Shown: positions 53,201 through 64,000 of the stretch, in pieces
How positions within the stretch are numbered: position 1 is the first letter of the stretch
Layout of the letters: every line of letters starts with the position of its first letter
Source of the DNA: Bilabrum cf. latius
Taxonomy: Eukaryota
Assembly: GCA_965178125.1 (NCBI GenBank)
Contig: OZ237748.1
Coordinates: 868,001-932,000, forward strand
Direction of reading: 5' to 3'
DNA length: 64,000 nt
Made by a program: the position numbers and the translations under genes
The notes under the pieces: model-generated
What the model saw: the letters and a program-made list of their open reading frames with translations, nothing else
Database searches by the model: none
Told to the model about the DNA's origin: nothing

Positions 53201-54110
53201 CAATTGCGACCATGTCCAATCAGAATGACCGATGGCGGCCGCGAGCAGGAGGCGAAGCACACCAGGGACGTCGCTGCCACGAGCAACTGCATATTTAAAG
53301 CCCATTCATGGGCAAGGAGCAGCTCGGGCAATTGCGACCATGTCCAATCAGAATGACCGATGGCGGCCGCGAGCAGGAGGCGAAGCACACCAGGGACGTC
53401 GCTGCCACGAGCAACTGCATATTTAAAGCCCATTCATGGGCAAGGAGCAGCTCGGGCAAGTGCGACCATGTCCAGGCCGACGGCGCAATGGCGGCCCGGA
53501 GCAAGTGCCGAAGCACACCAGGGACGTCGCTGCCACGAGCAACTGCATATTTAAAGCCCATTCATGGGCAAGGAGCAGTTCGGGCAAGTGCGACCATGTC
53601 CAGGCCGACGGCGCGATGGCGGCCCAGAGCAAGAGGCCAGGCACACCAGGGACGTCGCTGCCACGAGCAACTGCATATTTAAAGCCCATTCATGGGCAAG
53701 GAGCAGCTCGGGCAAGTGCGACCATGTCCAGGCCGACGGCGCGATGGCGGCCCAGAGCAAGTGCCGAAGCACACCAGGGACGTCGCTGCCACGAGCAACT
53801 GCATATCCGAAGCCCATTCATGGGCAAGGAGCAGCTCGGGCAATTGCGACCATGTCCAGGCCGACGGCGCGATGGCGGCCCAGAGCAAGAGGCCAGGCAC
53901 ACCAGGGACGTCGCTGCCACGAGCAACTGCATATCCGAAGCCCATTCATGGGCAAGGAGCAGCTCGGGCAATTGCGACCATGTCCAAGCCGACTGAACGA
54001 TGGCGGGCCCGAGTAAGAGGCCAGGCACAGCACGGACGTCGCTGCCACAAGTAACTGCATATCCGAAGTCCGTACGTGGGCAAGGAGCTGGTCGGGCAAA
54101 TGCGACCATG
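50300..54110. repeat. 128-bp satellite, ~30 units
   Basis: Period 128 (e.g. 52080, 52208, 52336). The array is homogeneous at 51980-53990, and the left part is diverged with multi-unit duplications. Confidence 0.95.
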
Positions 54111-54919
54111 GCAACCTGTAGCGAAGCCCGGACGAACTGGAGCAATTTGAATGCGAAGGCAGCTGCAAACACTAGATGGAGGCTACGGAAAAAGGTACAC
54201 ATTTATAGAACATGCCTGCTATTGTCGCAAGATGCGAACAGGTCAAGCCGCCGTGATATGGCGGACTGTGCGATGTACGGCGCTACCTGGCGGCGGCGGG
54301 AGCACATCGATGTAGATAGGGCACAGCTCCCTAAAGCGTGTTGTGAGGCCATTAGTAATAGACAAAATGTCTAGATGAACCTCCCCAGCAGCTCACGCTG
54401 TCGAATTGTGCAGGCTCTGATGAGGGCAGAACGCGCAAGAGGTGGGCAAATTCGAAGTGCCCCTGTTGTCGCCGAGATAGGAAGACGGCGGCAAGCACGG
54501 ATTTATCAGTCTGGCCAATGAGAGCTAGTATAGCTGACTGTGGAAGTGAACCACATGTAGTATTGTGTACGCCTGAGGCGGAAGCGATCCGCAGCTGCAC
54601 ACGAGGACCAGAATCGTCTCTCGGTGTCAGGGTTGAGGCCCTACAAGCCCTCAGGGAATCATGATAATAGCCAGAACCGTCGGTGGCTAGGAAAGGGAGT
54701 CTCGTGGAGTACGGCCAAGCAAACTAGAAGCCGCGAAAATAGACAGCAGCTGTGGGCTGAAAATTTTGGCCGGTTGAACGGTACATAAGACAGGCTGCTA
54801 TGAGCTCATTCAGAGAAACGGAAAAAGCACCGTCAATAATAACAGGCAGTGCTGCCAAGACCATGATCCCTTGGAACCGGGTTCCCAAAGGAGCTGTGCC
54901 GATCAAACGGTGCAGTTTC

Positions 54920-56877
54920 CACCAACACACGGGCAGAGACTGGCTCGACGAGCGAGACCAGCTAATCATACCCATAGAAATGCAAAATCACTCATGCACA
55001 GCGGACATCAGGACTGGCAGGGCTCCAAAATGGCATGCGACCACGTCCTGGCATCGAATCCATGATCGGCAGTAGGAGGCCACGGGGCCAACTACAAGAT
55101 CACGTGCCATGGCGTCTGACGAAGCAGGCTCCAATGACAATCGAATGCAATATGTACCAAATCTATGCAATCTGTGCAGCTGGTCCGAACGGGCTCCCTA
55201 AGCGGGCATGCGAACGGAAACCGGCTGTGCAAATCCGAGGTGTTCACCAATTCACGGGCAAAGGCTGGCTCGACGAGCGAGACCAGCTAATCATACCCAT
55301 AGAAATGCAAAATCACTCATGCACAGCGGACATCAGGACTGGCAGGGCTCCAAAATGGCATGCGACCACGTCCTGGCATCGAATCCATGATCGGCAGTAG
55401 GAGGCCACGGGGCCAACTACAAGATCACGTGCCATGGCGTCTGACGAAGCAGGCTCCAATGACAATCGAATGCAATATGTACCAAATCTATGCAATCTGT
55501 GCAGCTGGTCCGAACGGGCTCCCTAAGCGGGCATGCGAACGGAAACCGGCTGTGCAAATCCGAGAAATGCGGTGTTCACCAATTCACGGGCAAAGGCTGG
55601 CTCGACGAGCGAGACCAGCTAATCATACCCATAGAAATGCAAAATCACTCATGCACAGCGGACATCAGGACTGGCAGGGCTCCAAAATGGCATGCGACCA
55701 CGTCCTGGCATCGAATCCATGATCGGCAGTAGGAGGCCACGGGGCCAACTACAAGATCACGTGTCATGGCGTCTGACGAAGCAGGCGCCAATGACAATCG
55801 AATGCAATATGTACCAAATCTATGCAATCTGTGCAGCTGGTCCGAACGGGCTCCCTAAGCGGGCATGCGAACGGAAACCGGCTGTGCAAATCCGAGGTGT
55901 TCACCAATTCACGGGCAAAGGCTGGCTCGACGAGCGAGACCAGCTAATCATACCCATAGAAATGCAAAATCACTCATGCACAACGGACATCAGGACTGGC
56001 AGGGCTCCAAAATGGCATGCGACCACGTCCTGGCATCGAATCCATGATCGGCAGTAGGAGGCCACGGGGCCAACTACAAGATCACGTGTCATGGCGTCCA
56101 GACGAAGCAGGCTCCAATGACAATCGAATGCAATATGTACCAAATCTATGCAATCTGTGCAGCTGGTCCGAACGGGCTCCCTAAGCGGGCATGCGAACGG
56201 AAACCGGCTGTGCAAATCCGAGAAATGCGGTGTTCACCAATTCACGGGCAAAGGCTGGCTCGACGAGCGAGACCAGCTAATCATACCCATAGAAATGCAA
56301 AATCACTCATGCACAACGGACATCAGGACTGGCAGGGCTCCAAAATGGCATGCGACCACGTCCTGGCATCGAATCCATGATCGGCAGTAGGAGGCCACGG
56401 GGCCAACTACAAGATCACGTGTCATGGCGTCTGACGAAGCAGGCGCCAATGACAATCGAATGCAATATGTACCAAATCTATGCAATCTGTGCAGCTGGTC
56501 CGAACGGGCTCCCTAAGCGGGCATGCGAACGGAAACCGGCTGTGCAAATCCGAGGTGTTCACCAATTCACGGGCAAAGGCTGGCTCGACGAGCGAGACCA
56601 GCTAATCATACCCATAGAAATGCAAAATCACTCATGCACAACGGACATCAGGACTGGCAGGGCTCCAAAATTGGCATGCAACCACGTCCTGGCATCGAAT
56701 TCGCGGTCGGCAGCGTGAGGCCACGAGGCCAACTACAAGATCACGTGTCATGGCGGCCTGACGAAGCAGGCTCCAATGACAATCGAATGCAATATGTACC
56801 AAATCTATGCAATCTGTGCAGCTGGTCCGAACGGGCTCCCTAAGCGGGCATGCGAACGGGAACCGGCTGTGCAAATC
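54920..56877. repeat. ~325/332-bp tandem repeat, ~6 units
   Basis: Equivalent positions 54988, 55313, 55645, 55970 and 56303, with a 7-bp indel present in alternate units. Confidence 0.95.
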
Positions 56878-59800
56878 AGCTCCTGTTCAAAACAACAAGC
56901 AGTGGGAATCACCTCCTCTGGAGTTGCCCCTGCCTGTCTTCCCAGTGTGTATTGCCACATAATGACAATTATTACTGAGAATATCGGGGCACAGCTGTAG
57001 AACACAGGTGCCACCGAAATTCCGAACAAGTGAGAGCCTCACATCTGCGCTCGGACTTGCGACCAATACTACACAATCTCTCCGATCTAAATCACTTCGT
57101 AACGTGCCTCCGTACCTACGGCACACAACTGACGGGGTCTGGCTGCCTCAGCTTGAACATGGCAGGCAGCTTCTCAAGTCCCAGCATCACCAGCCAGCGG
57201 TGCATCTCTCCCTCAAGCCCAAGGATAGACACGTAAGACCGGGTGATGTCGTAGTCTGAACCGTATCTAGAGACGTCAGCTGTGTCGATCGGGCTGGAGG
57301 TCTCACACGATTGGAACTAGGTTATCGATGCAGCTGGATTTGTTTGTTCCATCCTCGGCCGCTAAGACTGGCGTTCTAACGATGGAGACGAGCTCACATC
57401 CTGCTCTCTACCGCGCTTGCCTCCTGCACGAGCACCTGCGCTTGATCCATGCACCGAGCGTTTTGTTCGCCCTCGGCCTCGCATAGAGGCGCCCCGAGTG
57501 GATGCATGTGATTCAATACCCTTCGCTCTCGGCCGCTTAGTTCCCTTCGACTTGGATCTGCTGCCATAATCTTCTGTCCCGCCATTGACCTCAACCATCT
57601 TGTACATGCCGATGTCCTCGCATGAGTCCTAGGCATGTTTGATCTCAGGACGACGATCGAGACTCGAGCACCGCTGGCTTGGCGGCTTCGCAACTCCTTC
57701 TGATCGCCGGGCTGCCTTCCACCGGGACTTCTCGTGTCCTGTGCATTTTGGCACAAGCGATACTCTCGTCATGATCTGCACGTTGGAAGGGTCGTGGTGG
57801 CTGGCGTACTGCATCAGGAGTTCTGTCCAGTTCGGGGGCGGGCCTTCTAATGACTTATCGTGAGCGGATAGTAGCCCCGCAGGCCCTTCTATAGCTTTCC
57901 CGGCCTCAGGCGCCCCTCCGCTAGTCTTGTGAGTTTGAGAGCCACGGTGAGATGCGATCCCCCCTACTTCTGTAACTGCACCAACCTCCTTCCCTGTGTT
58001 TTCATCCTCTTCTTCCAACTCGCCATCCTCTCCCTCCTCCTTGTCAATGTGCCCAGCCTATCCTTGTTCGGTCGTACTCTTTCCATGTCCCTCTTTTCCA
58101 TCTCCTCTCTGAGCTGCGTCTTGCGCCTAGAGTGCAACTCCCTGCTGACCACCCTCATGCTCGTCAACGAGGGTAGCGTGCTGCTTTATGCTTAGCTTCA
58201 CCATGGTGCAGATCTCGTTCTATCTGCGAAGGAATCCAGTGTACAACATGTCCTCCAGCAGGTCGATCTACAAAGTCTGAGGAAGCGAGACGTCTTGCTC
58301 CGGTGCTGCTGCGTCAGCTGCAACAGCAGCAGCACTCGACGAAGACGACGAAGAAGCTGAGGATGGTGTCTTCGTAAATGGAGTAAGTGGAGGCTAGCTG
58401 GTCGATTCCATGGCAGGTTGAAACATCGACCCCGCTTGATGCGCACGTTGTAGCGGGGACATGCCCCTAGCGCCGCCATCTCGTTTGGCTTGATCCGGAT
58501 GCAAGGAGAGACCCGACAGAGAGCCCCCCTCTTGGGCTGGAGGCTGGAAAGGGGTGATTCCACCGGAGACTGAGCTCCCCGGTGCTCCTTTGATTTGAGG
58601 CGGCAATGATTCCACGAGTAGGCCGCCTTGTCCCGCCCCTGCCCCACTCGTTGCCCCCCACCCGAACAAGATCCGCTTGTCCCGCCCCTGCCCCACTCGC
58701 TGCCCCCCACCCGAACAAGATCCGCTTGCAGCAATTGGTGCGCGCAGCGACATGAATTGGACTCGAGGATGCGGGATTACACCCGGTTGCTGTACTGCAC
58801 GATTTGCCCCTGCAGCTGTTGCTGTTGCTGGATCGACATCACGTGCTTCAGATGTACGTTTCTCATGATCGATAGAATCGCTATCGCTGTCATGCATGTC
58901 TTCTTCGCCAGCACGCTCCTCTTCACCACCCCAATCTCGACCAACGACGCCTCCTGCGGATGAGGAAGGGTTCATATGTAGGGTTACGTAATGATTGTCA
59001 AATACATCGCCCATTCAACAATGATATAAGCGATACTTCACGCGCGCCGCGCTGGCATGAAGCCCGCTAGGGCAGACAAGGACAAGGCTCTATTAGATCT
59101 GATCAATCCGTGAAAACACAACATTTCTCAATAATTCACTTGTACTTGTACAACAAATTTAGCTCACTTGTTTGTAATTGCATGTTACCCCACGAGAATC
59201 CGCGAAGCTCGTCCGGAACGTCGCACAAAAACTTGCGATTGTCGTCGCGCAACTCTCCGCGAAACGCGAATGATTGCACAAAGTATCCATCCTTCAGGAA
59301 AAACTCACCTCCAATGTCAACGATGTAGGTATACAGTCCCTCAAATCGCATCGAGTACAGATACCCTCGGCCGACTGCCTGGTCGGCTGGGCGCAGCAGA
59401 CCGGGACAGTTTTGCCTCATAGAAGGGACCGTAATCGACGTTTGAACCAAGCTTGAGACGCTTGCATTTGAAAAATGTGGAGTACGATATTCGGTGTTCG
59501 GCCCACTTGCAGCTGTATTGTCATGAATACGGACCCTCCGGTGGATGCGGCGAATGTTTGCATCAGTTGTATCTTTCTCGCTCAAAGCAGACATGTGACC
59601 AGTAAACGCCATACGAACTGCGAATGATTTGCTTACTATTATGGCTAAAACAAGTGTCATGAGCCCGCACTTGTTGTAGAGCTCCATAATTTCCGCCAGA
59701 ACAGTTCTGACAGCACGCGGTCCCTGCCCCGTATCTGCACCCGCACCCGAAGCCATGAGACCACAACAAAAAGAATTCAAGACGATCTGTCAGTCCTGAG

Positions 59801-60298
59801 CTCTTCCACCCCGAATGGAGGCGATTGACTGGAGAAATGCCAACCTCCACTCTTCGTGGCCTGCCTCTTCCGTTAATCAGATTACGATGTCTAACGCTAC
59901 AATTCCTCTTCCCACCTACGGACAAGGTGTTGCGGCGTTCTCCTTCTTCGCAGAGCCATTCTCATCGCACAGACGCTTATCATCTCATTTGACGTCAACA
60001 ACGAATCAGACTCTGTCTCCTTAATACCACCATGCAGTCGTGGTTGCGACCGCAATTGGGGCCACGTCGTAGATCAAAGTTAATGGCACCTTCTCCTAGG
60101 GTATCATGCATGGCTCATCTCTTTGACCCGACCCATGACTGGAATCGAACGCTTGAAGTCTTTGCTACGCCAGGTCAATAGAATACTATGGAAAGCTTTG
60201 AACAAGGCTCATTTCACGAAGAGAGCTCCATAATAGACAGGTGATCCGGCCTAATTCCCGGATTCAAAAACACGCTACTTGCATTACTTAATATACAC

Positions 60299-61354
60299 TC
60301 AAGCTCTCGTGTCCCTCCCAGCCGATTCCCCTTCCCCCTGGCTTCGACCATCCCCCGCGGCCTCCCTCCCTACACCTGCAGCGCGTGCCTGCACCCTGGG
60401 TCCATAGTCCTCCTGCATGTACGCCCACACAGCCAAACCCATTGACACGATCACCACCACCGCCTGCAGCGGAAGAGATCCCACGCAGGCACCTTGCCCT
60501 GCCCCGTTCATCAGCGACACAAGGCTTGCGATCAGGTGCAGCACCACCACCGCAACCAGCCTGACCCATCCACCCGTAGCACCACCATGCGATGCAGCCA
60601 TGCCCCACACCCTCCGTGCACCGTCAAACGCCACCACCGACAGCGCCACGTGCAGCGGGAACCCAATGGCCGCCTGCCCCGCAGCCAGAGAGGACAGGGA
60701 AATCTCGTCACACCCCTCTCCGTACCTGGCCTCCTGCCTCCACGACTCTCCCACCATCTTGCCGTGGGTTACAACCGCCGCCATGAGGGCGAACCCAGCG
60801 CCCGCCGCGAGCGAGGCCCCCAGGTCGTTGAGCACCATAGGGTCATCTCTCCTTAGCATCCGAAGGAGGAATGGCTCCACCCGGAGGTACAGCCAGGCGA
60901 AGGAAACGCGAGCTATCTCCACCAGGATGGTGAATAGGGGCAAGAAGAAAGCGCCTGACTATGCGAGGAAGAGGAGAATGATGAAAACAAGATGAGCGAC
61001 GTTGGGCATCAATTGACGACGGTATTGCACGATGGTGATCCAGGGTCCGGTAAAACGTGATCGATGTCCAGTGCGAATGATTTTATTCGCAGTGCTTGAT
61101 GCAACCCCTTTTGTGTTTGTGATGCGTACGAGGTGTTTGTCCCGATTCGCATCGCTCGACCATTTGCTCACGTCTTGCAGCGGTCTAGCGGCTGCCCAGA
61201 CCGTCCCAGCTAACAGTGCAGCAGCAATCCATGCAAATGCAGCTGCTGTTGCAAACAGCAACAGCAAAGCCCTTCTAGATACGTATCCAACTATAAACGT
61301 GACGGGCATTCCGTACGCCAAAAGCACTGAGCCGAAAAATGCGAGCAATGACAT
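60299..61354 (-). CDS. APH1: Gamma-secretase subunit Aph-1 homolog (2 exons)
   Basis: The N-terminus MSLLAFFGSVLLAYG...AFAWIAAALL and the intramembrane His motifs PLHVALSVVAFDG and VVLHLIASLVSL fit Aph-1. Intron 60959-61171 is GT-AG, and the stop is TGA. Confidence 0.8.
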
Positions 61355-61976
61355 CGTCCAGGGATGGCACCTCAGGAAGACCGAATATCGAAATAATGCT
61401 TATGTTGATAACCGAATTTCCCTGCGCGGTTTCAACGAATTTCCGCTAAGAATAGCCAGAAGAAAGACATTGTTACAGTGCAATGAATTCGGTAAAATGT
61501 GGTTGTAGGGTGTTATTTATATCGAAACAGAAACAAGGTCAATCAGGCCGTACAAAAGTAGCTGCGGTCATTTGATTGCAGATGTCTGGGCGTAAGTTGA
61601 CCGATATGATATTCTACGGTGATTTTCGTGCTATGATAAAAGTTGTGGTGCTCTCGAATGACAGTTGCACTTGCTGATGCTAATCCACGAGTCGGAAGAT
61701 TCATGGCTGGCTGTTAATGCCGGCATTGCCTGCATTTAATGCGCACTCTGCATCATCACATAGGCTAGTGACTTGTTTGGGGCCGCTGCGAGGCTCTGAT
61801 CCGTGTCTGCCAGGTGCTGCTGTCATGTTGAAGTCTATGCGCCGAATTTGGTGTGCTTCGTCGCGGAGACGGCGCTGCAATAAGACAAACTGCAGCTACA
61901 AACACTCTAATATGTTACATATGACACGTTTACACTTCACACCGTCGGCATGTCGTATCTCTCGCGATCTTCGCAG

Positions 61977-64000
61977 AAGCGCCCGACGAACGCGAAGAGA
62001 TCGACGGGACAGCACCCCACTCCGATGGTACTGCAGTCGAGCAGCATGAGGAGTAGGAAGAGGGTCAATAGCAATCACCACCGGTCGGGGCAGAAGAACC
62101 CGGGGAACAAAGCAAAGCATCAGGCATCAGCAGCAGCAGTAGCACCGGCAGCCCCAGCCCCAGCCCCAGTGGCTAGACCCCCCCCCCGACGGCAGGGAGC
62201 ACCCACGCACCATTAAGCAGCAGAGGTGTAAGCAGCGCGGGTCCTACACCAGAGCAAGGTGGTGGTGGCGATGACGGCGAAGGGGAGGGGGAAGGGGATG
62301 GTGCAGCCGCAGTCGCTTCGATGGCAAAGCCAATCGGCATTGTCAGCCAGGGCACGGCACCTGAGGCAAGCGATGCATTGCATGGTGATGCCCCCGCAGT
62401 GCCGGCTCTCACGCCAGGATCTAGCAAAGGCAAAAGCAGGGGCACAATCATGGGCAAAGGCACGCCACCAGCAAAGGCACCGCCCAGCGCGCGCTCCCAG
62501 GAATCCAAGGGGTCCAAGGAATCAGCAGGATCTTCATCTTCCAAATTGGCGCTCTCCCCGGAAGCGAAGGCAAGGGAGGCACGGGCCCAGGCTGCTGCCG
62601 AACGGCTCTACGGTGCCGCCCAGACTAAGCGGCAGCAGCAGCTGGCCAGGGCCGCTGCCAGGGACCCCGCCTGCACCTTCAGCCCGAAAATCCTGGCCTC
62701 TTCGAAGAGGCTCGTGTCCAGGTCCTCGCCCGGTGTGACGAGTGGGAGTGGGGCCAACGGTGTGACGAGTGCTAGCGGGTCCTCCCCTGGGGACCGCCTG
62801 TACGAGCAAGCCAAATCCAGGAGGGCGCGCTTGGAGGCGAGGCAGGCCAGCGAGGAGGCGGCGCTCACCTTCAAGCCCAAGATCTCGGCCATGTCCCGGA
62901 GGATGGGGGAGCAGCGGAGGAGGCAATCCGGCGGTGGTGGTGGCGGTGGTGGGGGAGAGGGCAAGGAAGGAGGGGGTGGTCAAACCAGCACGGGGGACCG
63001 CCTGTTTGCCCACGCCAAGCGGTAGGAGGAGAAGAGGAAGAAGGAAGCGGAGGCGGTTGCAACCCAAGGATGCACCTTCAAACCTGAAATATCCAGAAAG
63101 GCCAGGGCGGTGGCGGCCTCGAGGGCCAAGAACCCCGACGGCAGTGTGACGAGTGCGGGGGACAGGCTGTACAAGGCGGCCAAGGCGCAGGAAGCCCGGA
63201 AGCAGAAGGCCGTCCGGGAGCAAAAGGAAGCCGAGGAACGTTCGCTGACGTTCCGGCCGCAGACCAACGCCGGAAAGCGCAGGAAGCGGCAGGCCGGGTC
63301 ACCCGATGAGTCGGAAGGCGGTGTGACGAGTGCTCCCGGGGCGGGCGGGAGCCCGTTCGACCGCCTGCACGCCAGCGCCGTGGCCAGCCAGAGGAGGAAG
63401 AGGGAGGCATTCCGGAGGAAAGAGGAGGAGGAGCAATCGGCCAGCCCCTTCAAGCCAACCATCAACGCCACGTCCCGCAGAATGGCGGCGGCGCGATCCG
63501 TTGGCGGGGGAGATGCCGGCGGGTCCAGCGGAACCGGCGCCGCGCGTCCCGCCCACGAGCGGCTCTACAGCCCCGAGACCCTGCGGCGCCGCGCAGCCCC
63601 GGAGCGGAACCAGGGCGGCCTGCTGTCGGAGCTGGAGCAGTGCACCTTTAGGCCCCAGATCGACTCGAGCTCGAGGGTCATCGCGGGGGCCTCCGAGGCC
63701 GTGGGGGGGGGCGACCTCGATGGTGTGACGAGTGCTAGGGGTAGGAGGGGGGCGGGGGGCGGTCCTGGGAGGCACGAGAGGCTGTACCAGCAGGGCCTGG
63801 CGAGCACGCTGAGGAGGAGGCAAGCGGCCTCGAATGTCGGGGGGGAGGGGGGGGAAGAGGCCATGAGGGAGTGCACCTTCCGGCCAAGGGTGACCTACAG
63901 GGGTGTGACGAGTGAGGATGGTGTGACGAGTGCCCTCAGCGCGCACGAGCGGCTGCACTACCACGCCCAGGCGCGGTCGGCCGCCAGGGATGCCCTTGAA
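61977..64000 (+). CDS. Partial protein with repeated (C/L)TFxPxI ... (D/E)RL(Y/F/H) modules; runs off the window
   Basis: The exon starts after TTCGCAG at 61976, and one frame is open to the window end through 4 TAGs (e.g. GQ*QS, AKR*EEK). Repeats include CTFSPKI, LTFKPKI, CTFKPEI and CTFRPQI. Confidence 0.7.

Larger units (their letters stand above)
48882..57136 (-). mobile_element. Non-autonomous element with split direct repeats (A1-internal-B1-A2-B2), Ngaro/YR-retrotransposon-like
   Basis: A1 56885-57133 = A2 49294-49542 (249 bp) and B1 49546-49832 = B2 48885-49171 (287 bp). GGG occurs at both ends and at the B1/A2 junction. No RT or tyrosine recombinase was recognised. Confidence 0.75.
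48501..59014 (-). pseudogene. Hypothetical gene split by the 8.25-kb element (5' part 57137-59014, 3' part 48501-48884)
   Basis: 59014 to 57137 is one frame with 8 TAGs and no TAA/TGA. Removing the element restores MFKLRQPDPLRGMTELF in frame. ORF 59136..59780 may be an upstream exon. Confidence 0.7.

Noticed and set aside
51900-56900. Dozens of short ORFs in the satellite arrays
   Set aside because: They arise from repeat periodicity; the 128-, 325- and 332-bp units are not multiples of 3.
60959-60961. TAG in Aph-1 as a recoded codon
   Set aside because: It is better explained as the intron acceptor (CATAG), so it was not counted as evidence.

Overview
This is eukaryotic (protist-like) nuclear DNA with GT-AG introns, GC-rich exons and AT-richer intergenic DNA; the lineage cannot be fixed from sequence alone. 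The standard-code ORF track is misleading because TAG behaves as a sense codon, most likely Gln, while TGA and apparently TAA terminate. Reading TAG through restores an intact BiP/HSP70, a ~2,840-codon USP deubiquitinase, an LRR protein, several ankyrin genes, a GCNA/SprT-like protein and a retrotransposon endonuclease ORF. An 11-12 bp DNA word, (G)TGTGACGAGTG, recurs dozens of times inside some coding regions in several reading frames and both orientations. An 8.25-kb element with Ngaro-type split direct repeats, filled with two satellite arrays, interrupts a gene at a GGG core. A ~90-aa C-terminal domain is shared by six genes with different N-termini. There are also two RLE-type non-LTR retrotransposon fragments and an Aph-1 gene. 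All counts and alignments were done by eye.
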